From NCBI GenBank assembly GCA_050485405.1, contig JBJHBI010000011.1:16112-80111 (forward strand): 64,000 nucleotides of DNA, given 5' to 3'. This DNA comes from Salinarimonadaceae bacterium (GTDB lineage: Bacteria > Pseudomonadota > Alphaproteobacteria > Rhizobiales > Beijerinckiaceae). Under the pieces are notes generated by a model. That model made no database searches and was not told where the DNA came from. It saw only the letters and a list, made by a program, of their open reading frames with translations. The translations under genes were made by a program, and so were the position numbers. Positions 40,684 through 47,070 of this stretch are shown in pieces. How positions within the stretch are numbered: the stretch's first letter is position 1; each line of letters opens with the position of its first letter.

Positions 40684-40804
40684 TCTCCCTCCCCTAAGGG
40701 GAGGGATTAAGGGTGGGGTGAACCCGCTTTCCGCATTCCGCAGCGCTGATCACCTCCATCGACCTTTCTCCCCACCCTCATTCCCTCACCGCTGGGGAGG
40801 GAGG
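40684..40804. repeat. Sequence variant of the nested-palindrome repeat architecture
   Basis: The order is hairpin TCCCTCCCC-taa-GGGGAGGGA, then AGGGTGGGG, a core of about 50 nt, CCCCACCCT, then hairpin CCCTC-N9-GAGGG. Confidence 0.55.
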
Positions 40805-41068
40805 CCAGGGCGCGCCCTTCATGCAGCGCCTGCCCGGTTGTACGCCGATACAATCAAAACCCCTCTTTTCAATCGAAAATACGTGGTCTAATGTCGGGGT
40901 TGAGCCGGGGAATTCGGCTCCGGGGCGTCGAAACCCTGCATACAGCGGTCGGTGTCGACCGTATAAAGGCACCTCCTCGACCTTCATGGCCGGGGAGGCG
41001 CTGGCGCATGTTCAAGGCTTCGGCCTAAAGGCCAGTGCGGTCGTCTGTATGCGACTTTCGATCTCCCC

Positions 41069-41095
41069 GGTCACCAGAGCGAACCTCTGGTGACC
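41069..41095 (+). other. 11-bp perfect stem-loop at the 3' end of a structured non-coding stretch
   Basis: GGTCACCAGAG-cgaac-CTCTGGTGACC, 41 nt upstream of ATG 41136. Confidence 0.5.
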
Positions 41096-41135
41096 AAGAA
41101 ATCCCGGTTTCGGTTGGTTTTCGGGGAGTTCGACG

Positions 41136-41429
41136 ATGGAAGACGTTTCGGCCTGGCAGGCCTTTCTCGGCACGTATCAATCGCTGGCGGACTGGATAAA
41201 GGCGCTCTGGCTGATTGTGCCGCCGGCGTTCATCTTGATTTTGACGGCGCTCATCCTGCGTGCTCGGCGCCCCGCGCCGGAGATCGCCGGCGAACTCGTC
41301 TACACTGTTCACCGCGACCCATCCGGGCAGTACCGTGTATTGCGCCATGCATCATCCGACGACGCGCCGGCCTTGCTCCCGCTGGAGCAGGAGTACCGGG
41401 CTCTGATCCCGCCGGAGCGGCGAGGGTGA
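41136..41429 (+). CDS. Hypothetical small membrane protein (one TM segment)
   Basis: 97 aa with a GGGGAG SD 8 nt upstream, TM segment ALWLIVPPAFILILTALIL and moderately coding-like GC3. The last codons and the stop lie in the repeat left edge. Confidence 0.4.
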   Translation: MEDVSAWQAFLGTYQSLADWIKALWLIVPPAFILILTALILRARRPAPEIAGELVYTVHRDPSGQYRVLRHASSDDAPALLPLEQEYRALIPPERRG

Positions 41430-42140
41430 TGCAGGGCAATCTCCCGCGTGGAGAGGGCCGGGGGTGAGGGGCGGCGGCGAAAAATCAATATCCTCAATGG
41501 CATGCGCGCTTCATCACGCGCGCGCTCTATTCTGATACGCCCCTCACCCCCAACCCCTCTCCGCGGCGGGAGAGGGGAGTTCCGGCGCAGTCATCATTGG
41601 GGGGGAGCCTTTTCTTCCACGAGCGGCATCCGGTGTGTTCGAGCGCGCGATGCCGCGCACTCTCCCCTCTCCCTCGTGGAGGGTCGGGGGTGAGGGGCGG
41701 CGCAGAAAAATCAATATTCTCAATGGCATCCACGCTTCATCACGCGCGCGCTCTATTCTGATACGCCCCTCACCCCCAACCCCTCTCCGCGGCGGGAGAG
41801 GGGAGTTCTGGTGCGGCCTTCATGGGGGGCCTTTTCATCTACGAGCGGCATCCGGTGAGTTCGAGCGCACGATGCAGCGCACTCTCCCCTCTCCCTCGTG
41901 GAGAGGGGCCGGGGGTGAGGGGCGGCGCAGAAAAATCTACACCCTCAATGACATACACGCTTCATCACGCGCGCGCTCTGTTCTGATACGCCCCTCACCC
42001 CCAACCCCTCTCCGCGGCGGGAGAGGGGAGTACCGGTGCGGCCTTCATTGGGGGTGAGCCTTTCCTGCCACGAGCGGCATTCGGTGTGTCCGAGCGGGCG
42101 ATGCAGCGCAATCTCCCCTCTCCCCCTGGAGAAAGGAGGC
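41428..42140. repeat. Tandem array (3 full + 1 truncated unit, period 221-229 bp) of nested-palindrome elements
   Basis: Units start at 41428, 41649, 41871 and 42100. Each has two CCCCTCTCC/GGAGAGGGG hairpins inside a GGGGGTGAGGGGCG / CGCCCCTCACCCCC long-range stem. Confidence 0.9.
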
Positions 42141-42289
42141 GCGGCCTTGATTCAGGGTATCCTGCCCATCAAAGGAGGCGGGTTCTTTCGGCTTGAGCTT
42201 CCAACGGGGGGAAGGTTTAGCGTCACTCTTCGGCTGATAGCCGGGTTGATTCTAATCGAAATGCTGGTGAGCGAGGGAGCGGGTTCGGG

Positions 42290-42721
42290 ATGCGCTGGTT
42301 TTGCGAAAACCGTCTGTCCGTCCCGGCCCGTGGGGTGCTCGTTCTCGCGGTGCTGGCATTGCTGGTCGGCGGTGTCGTCGGGGCCGTGATGCCGGTGGCG
42401 GGGTATGCGTCCCTTGCATCTCATGCGTCTCATGCCCCGGATCACGCCGCCCATGCGATGCACGAGCACCATCACGGCGATCATCATCACGACCAACGAT
42501 CGTTGGGCGCCCAATGTTGCGACGATGCGGCGGATCCGCCCGGCCTCGACGATTGCGCGACGATCTGCGCGGCCATGGCGGGATGCGCATTGAAATTCCT
42601 GCCCGGCGACGCGGTGATCGGGCATTATCAGCGTGACGCCGCACCCGTCGGCGGCGTGAGCGCCTTTCGGGCGGAGTTCGAGCCGGACCCGCTCACCCCT
42701 CCACCAAAAGCCGAGGCCTGA
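42290..42721 (+). CDS. His/Cys-rich membrane-anchored protein (DUF2946-like, putative metal binding)
   Basis: 143 aa with an N-terminal TM, the His run HASHAPDHAAHAMHEHHHGDHHHD, the Cys cluster QCCDD...CATICAAMAGC and a Pro-rich end. Confidence 0.6.
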   Translation: MRWFCENRLSVPARGVLVLAVLALLVGGVVGAVMPVAGYASLASHASHAPDHAAHAMHEHHHGDHHHDQRSLGAQCCDDAADPPGLDDCATICAAMAGCALKFLPGDAVIGHYQRDAAPVGGVSAFRAEFEPDPLTPPPKAEA

Positions 42722-42791
42722 ACGCATCGCCCCTCGGGGCGCGTGAAGACCCGATCCGATGAACGGACAATGCTCTTGATGGAGAAAGATC

Positions 42792-43400
42792 ATGAAGAAC
42801 AAGCTGCTTGCGCTCGCCCTCGCTGCGGGCATGGTGACGATGGTATCCGCCCCGGCACTGGCACAGAGCCAAGGTCATCACGGCGATCATCGCGGACACC
42901 ATGGCGCCCCGGCCGGACAGACCACCGAGGCTCCCGGCAATGACGACGCAACCGCTGCGCAGACCGAAACGCCGGTCATGGCGGATTGCCCGATGATGCC
43001 GGCTCGCATGATGCGTGGCCCCATGATGCATGGAATGATGCATGGTGGCATGCAGGGGCAGGGTATGATGCCGATGCATCAGATGCAAGCCGGTGCCGGC
43101 CATGATCATGCGGCGGGAACGGATGCCGATATGAGCGCCTCGTCGATCGCCTTCCGGGCGGTGAACGAGGCCATGCATCACGGCATGGATATCGAAATGA
43201 CCGGTGATGCCGATATCGATTTCGTGCGCGGCATGATCGCCCACCATATCGGCGCCGTCGACATGGCGCGCATCGTTCAGGTCTTCGGCTCCGATCCCGA
43301 GATCGCCGCGCTCGCCGAGGAGATCATCGAGGCGCAGGAAGCCGAGATCGCGATGATGCGTGACTGGCTCGAACGCAACGCGCCCGACCACGCCGAGTGA
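42792..43400 (+). CDS. Periplasmic DUF305-domain protein with a Met/His-rich N-terminal region (CopM-like, putative copper binding)
   Basis: It has a signal peptide, GHHGDHRGHHG, MMPARMMRGPMMHGMMHGGMQGQGMMPMHQM, then a DUF305-like core (FVRGMIAHHIGAVDMA...EIIEAQEAEIAMMRDWL). Confidence 0.8.
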   Translation: MKNKLLALALAAGMVTMVSAPALAQSQGHHGDHRGHHGAPAGQTTEAPGNDDATAAQTETPVMADCPMMPARMMRGPMMHGMMHGGMQGQGMMPMHQMQAGAGHDHAAGTDADMSASSIAFRAVNEAMHHGMDIEMTGDADIDFVRGMIAHHIGAVDMARIVQVFGSDPEIAALAEEIIEAQEAEIAMMRDWLERNAPDHAE

Positions 43401-43430
43401 GGCAACGCGGCGCGTCCGCTCCCCGCGTCG

Positions 43431-44753
43431 TCATTCATCCGGCATACGCGGGGGGCGGGGAGGGGCGTTGCGCAGGCTGAGGCCGCGTTTGACGATGGTC
43501 TCGCCGAAGCGCTCGCGCAGGGCGGCGATGGCGGTTTCGCGGCTCTTCTCGCGCACCACCTCGCGATCGGCGAGATCACCGTGATCGGCCAGCGCCCCGT
43601 CGACGAGATCGGCGGCGCCGATGCCGATCAGGCGGAAGGCGGTGCCGTCGCACTCCGCTTCGAGCATCTGGCGGGCCGCGGCATAGAGCCGCGTCGCGAG
43701 CTGGGTCGGCGGCAGGCCGGAGACCGTGCGGGTACGGCTGCGGAAATCGCGCGTCTTCAGCTTGAGGACGACGGTCCGCCCGGCGATGTTACCGGCGCGC
43801 AGCCGCCGCGCGACCTTCTCGGCGAGCTCCCACAGCACCGGTTCGAGCAGCTCCCGCGCGCTGATGTCGCTATCGAAGGTAGTCTCGTTCGAGACGCTCT
43901 TCGCCGCGCGCTCGGGCTGGACGCGGCGGGCATCCTCGCCCTGTGCGAGCTGCGCGAGACGCTGGGCGTCGTTGCCGGCGATGCGTATCAGATCGGGCAG
44001 TGAACGCCCGGCAATATCGCCGATGCGGCGGATGCCGGCCCGCGCGAGGCGCTCCTGCGCGACCTTGCCCACCCCCGGCAGGATGCCCACGGGCTCACCG
44101 GCGAGGAACGTCTTCGCCTCGGCGCGCCCGATGATCGAGAAGCCGCGCGGCTTGTCGCGATCCGAGGCGATCTTGGCGAGGAACTTGTTGTAGGACAGCC
44201 CGACCGAGACGCTGATGCCGATCTCCTCCTCGACGCGTTTCGCGAACCGCGCGAGCGTCAGGGCCGGGGGCGCCCCGTGCAGGCGCTCCGTCCCGCCGAG
44301 ATCGAGGAAGGCCTCGTCGATGGAGAGCGGCTCGACCAGCGGCGTCAGCGCGCGCATCATCTCGCGCACCTGACGGCCCACCTGCGCATAGAGCGCCATG
44401 CGCGGACGGATCACCACCGCATCGGGGCAGGCTTCGAGCGCCTTGAACATCGGCATGGCCGAGCGCACCCCGTGGATGCGTGCGACATAGCAGGCGGTAG
44501 AGACGACCCCGCGCCGCCCGCCACCGATGATCACCGGTTTGTCGGCGAGCGCCGGATTCTCGCGTTTCTCGACCGCCGCGAAGAAGGCGTCGCAATCGAT
44601 ATGGGCGATGGCGAGCGTGTCGCGCTCGGGATGGATCAGCGCACGCGGCGAGCCGCAGGCGGGGCAGCGCGGGCGTGAGTTGGCGGGAGCGGGGCCGCTC
44701 CACAGGCAGTCCCGGCACAGATATCCACGATCATCCGCCGGTTGCGCCATCAC
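43431..44753 (-). CDS. dinB: DNA polymerase IV with an N-terminal 4-Cys extension
   Basis: It carries [22 protein letters not shown] and a HhH region. The N-terminus reads CRDC...CPAC. Confidence 0.9.
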   Translation of the reverse strand: MMAQPADDRGYLCRDCLWSGPAPANSRPRCPACGSPRALIHPERDTLAIAHIDCDAFFAAVEKRENPALADKPVIIGGGRRGVVSTACYVARIHGVRSAMPMFKALEACPDAVVIRPRMALYAQVGRQVREMMRALTPLVEPLSIDEAFLDLGGTERLHGAPPALTLARFAKRVEEEIGISVSVGLSYNKFLAKIASDRDKPRGFSIIGRAEAKTFLAGEPVGILPGVGKVAQERLARAGIRRIGDIAGRSLPDLIRIAGNDAQRLAQLAQGEDARRVQPERAAKSVSNETTFDSDISARELLEPVLWELAEKVARRLRAGNIAGRTVVLKLKTRDFRSRTRTVSGLPPTQLATRLYAAARQMLEAECDGTAFRLIGIGAADLVDGALADHGDLADREVVREKSRETAIAALRERFGETIVKRGLSLRNAPPRPPRMPDE

Positions 44754-44778
44754 GCTCCCCGTATCCCGCGCCCCGCCC

Positions 44779-45084
44779 TTACGATTCGAAGGGCGGCGGA
44801 GCGAGCCGCATCTGCGCCGCGACGATCGCCTGGGGATCGGTCTCCAGCTCTTCGGCGACGGCCAGGAGCAGCGGCTCGTAGCCTACCACATGATCGAGCA
44901 CGGCCTCGAAGAATTGCGGCGTGGTGCTGGCTGCGCGAATCGAATCGGGGCGCAGGCCCGTGAGATCGAAGAAGCGTCCCAGACGTTCATCATCTGCGGC
45001 GATGCGCCCGAAGACGGCTATGGCGGTCTCCCGGGCCTGATCCTGCGAGGGCAATTTCATGAGATTTCCGATTCGGTTTGCCAT
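44779..45084 (-). CDS. DUF3572-domain protein
   Basis: 101 aa containing [34 protein letters not shown]. It is divergent from divK, as in many Rhizobiales. Confidence 0.75.
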   Translation of the reverse strand: MANRIGNLMKLPSQDQARETAIAVFGRIAADDERLGRFFDLTGLRPDSIRAASTTPQFFEAVLDHVVGYEPLLLAVAEELETDPQAIVAAQMRLAPPPFES

Positions 45085-45180
45085 TCGTTCATGGGTGCCG
45101 ATTTACTATGGTTTGCGGAACGGGAGAATGCCGGTCATCGGGCTTAACGGGGGCCGGCCGGCGAAAACGGGGATCCACCC

Positions 45181-45552
45181 ATGCGCAAGACGGTGCTCAT
45201 CGTCGAGGACAACGAGCTGAACATGAAGCTCTTCAACGATCTGCTCGAGGCTCACGGCTACGCCACCCTCAAGACCGCGAGCGGAATCGAGGCGATGGAG
45301 CTCGCCCGTACCCACCGGCCGGATCTGATCCTGATGGATATCCAGCTCCCCGAAGTGTCGGGGCTCGAGGTCACCAAGTGGCTCAAGGAGGACGAGGAGC
45401 TCAAATCCATCCCCGTCGTCGCCGTCACGGCCTTCGCCATGAAGGGCGACGAGGAGCGCATTCGCGAGGGAGGCTGCGAGGCCTACCTTTCCAAACCGAT
45501 CTCCGTGGCCAAGTTCATCGAGACGGTCCGCACCTATGCGGATGCCGGCTGA
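45181..45552 (+). CDS. divK: Single-domain cell-cycle response regulator DivK
   Basis: 123 aa: [18 protein letters not shown]...[14 protein letters not shown]...[12 protein letters not shown]...YLSKPIS. Confidence 0.88.
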   Translation: MRKTVLIVEDNELNMKLFNDLLEAHGYATLKTASGIEAMELARTHRPDLILMDIQLPEVSGLEVTKWLKEDEELKSIPVVAVTAFAMKGDEERIREGGCEAYLSKPISVAKFIETVRTYADAG

Positions 45553-45563
45553 GAGGACAGGAC

Positions 45564-46940
45564 ATGACCGCCAGAGTACTCGTCGTCGATGACATATTTC
45601 CCAACGTCAAGCTGCTGGAAGCCAAGCTGACCGCGGAATATTTCGACGTGGTGACGGCCATGAACGGCCCCGACGCGCTGAGCATCTGCGAGCAGGGCCT
45701 GTGCGACATCGTCCTGCTCGACGTGATGATGCCGGGCATGGACGGGTTCGAGGTCTGCCGGCGGCTGAAGAATTCTCCCCAGACGGCGCATCTGCCGGTG
45801 GTGATGGTCACCGCGCTCGACCAGCCGAGCGACCGGCTCAAGGGCCTCGATGCCGGCGCCGACGATTTCCTGACGAAGCCCGTCGACGACACCGCTTTGC
45901 TCGCGCGGGTGCGCTCGCTCGTACGGCTCAAGGCCGTGACGGACGAATTGCGCACGCGCGCGCTCGCCTCCCGGGAATACGGGCTGATCGGTGATCCGCT
46001 CATTCTCGCCACCGCCGAGAACGGGCTCGACGGCAATATTCTCCTGATCGACGACAGGGCGTCCTCCTACGAGCGCCTCGCCGGATCGCTCTCGCAATAT
46101 CACAAGGTCACCGTCGAGACCGATGCGGCCCAGGCGCTCGCCCGCGCGGCCGAGGAGGAGTTCGACGTCGCCATCGTCAGCCTCGATCTCGTCGATGCCG
46201 ACGGCTTGCGCGTGGGCTCGCAGCTGCGCTCGCTGGAGCGCACCCGCAACATCGCCGTCCTGATGCTGGCCGAGGCCGATGACCGCAAGCGTATCCTGCG
46301 CGGGCTGGAAATCGGCATGAACGATTTCCTCACCCGCCCGGTCGACCGCAACGAGCTGCTCGCGCGCGTGCGCAGCCAGACGCGGCGCAAACGCTTCTCC
46401 GACAAGCTGCGCGAGGCCGTGCAGGAATCGATGGAGATGGCGGTCACCGACGCCCTGACCGGGCTGCACAACCGCCGCTATCTCGACACGCAATTCGCCG
46501 CTCTGTTCGACGAATCGCAGCGGCGCGGCAAGCATCTGTCCGTGCTCGTCATGGATATCGACAAGTTCAAGCCGATCAACGACACCTATGGCCATGATGC
46601 CGGGGACGAGGTCCTGCGCGAATTCGCCAAGCGTGTGCGTTCGCAGACGCGCGGCATCGACATCGTCGCGCGGTTCGGTGGCGAGGAGGTCGTGGTGCTC
46701 GTGCCCGATACCGATCTCGACATCGCGCGGATCGTCGCCGAGCGGATCAGGGCGCATGTCGAGGGCGAGACTTTCGCCGTCCATCACGAAACGCGGCGCA
46801 TTCCCGTCACCGTTTCGATCGGCGTCGCCTCGAGGCAGGCGCGCGACGCCACGCCGCAGGACATGCTCAAACGCGCCGATCTCGCGCTCTACCGCGCCAA
46901 GAACCAGGGCCGCAACCAGGTCGTGGCGGATGCGGCGTAG
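45564..46940 (+). CDS. pleD: Response regulator / diguanylate cyclase PleD (REC-REC-GGDEF)
   Basis: The start is MTARVLVVDD (ATG 45564). It has two receiver domains, the I-site RGID, and an active-site signature that reads GGEEV rather than GGEEF. Confidence 0.88.
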   Translation: MTARVLVVDDIFPNVKLLEAKLTAEYFDVVTAMNGPDALSICEQGLCDIVLLDVMMPGMDGFEVCRRLKNSPQTAHLPVVMVTALDQPSDRLKGLDAGADDFLTKPVDDTALLARVRSLVRLKAVTDELRTRALASREYGLIGDPLILATAENGLDGNILLIDDRASSYERLAGSLSQYHKVTVETDAAQALARAAEEEFDVAIVSLDLVDADGLRVGSQLRSLERTRNIAVLMLAEADDRKRILRGLEIGMNDFLTRPVDRNELLARVRSQTRRKRFSDKLREAVQESMEMAVTDALTGLHNRRYLDTQFAALFDESQRRGKHLSVLVMDIDKFKPINDTYGHDAGDEVLREFAKRVRSQTRGIDIVARFGGEEVVVLVPDTDLDIARIVAERIRAHVEGETFAVHHETRRIPVTVSIGVASRQARDATPQDMLKRADLALYRAKNQGRNQVVADAA

Positions 46941-46952
46941 AATACACAATTA

Positions 46953-46996
46953 TTAAGTGTATATTTATATCTTAGCAATCAATTCTGCGTTATAAT
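46953..46996 (+). promoter_or_regulatory. AT-rich putative promoter region
   Basis: A perfect TATAAT lies at 46991-46996, about 75 nt upstream of ATG 47071. TTAA-N7-TTTA (one mismatch to a CtrA-type TTAA-N7-TTAA box) lies at 46953-46967. A small hairpin ATACAC-N9-GTGTAT is also present. Confidence 0.3.
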
Positions 46997-47070
46997 GACG
47001 CATTGGCGATTCGGTAGGGCCTTCCGCGTTTCCGCCCAGATCGCCGCTTTATCTGGCAGGGGGAATTTCG

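Noticed and set aside
41008-41028. The mini-ORF MFKASA* with a GGAGG 9 nt upstream, considered as a leader peptide.
   Set aside because: Six codons give no regulatory amino-acid bias, and the SD-like run is predicted to be base-paired. There is no way to support it from sequence alone.
40900-41095. A known RNA class: cobalamin, SAM-II or glycine riboswitch, tmRNA, 6S, SRP or RNase P RNA, or tRNA.
   Set aside because: I found no B12 box, no GGUUCGA-type T-arm or CCA end, no SRP GGAA/AGCA motif and no RNase P GAGGAAAGUCC. The region is retained only as an unclassified structured region.
41448-42057. ORFs 41448..41693 and 41635..42057, which encode repeated SPLSLVEGRG/GGEGRRRK-like peptides.
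   Set aside because: The frame stays open only because one unit is 222 bp (3 x 74). The peptides are translations of the palindrome arms and have no start context, so I treat them as non-coding. The repeat-derived parts of 11245..12606 (-) and 40595..40891 (+) are rejected for the same reason.
41428-42140. The tandem repeats as a CRISPR array.
   Set aside because: The period is about 222 bp rather than 60-75 bp. The intervening 'spacers' are themselves conserved between units. No cas genes or leader are present.
42152-42832. Minus-strand ORF of 226 aa opposite the His/Cys-rich gene.
   Set aside because: It is antisense to an ORF with a clear TM plus metal-binding pattern, and it has an Arg/His-rich composition without motifs.
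45078-45563. A 162-codon N-terminal extension of pleD that overlaps divK.
   Set aside because: The extension is Arg/Gly-rich and reads through divK in another frame. The PleD receiver domain begins at ATG 45564, 11 nt after the divK stop.
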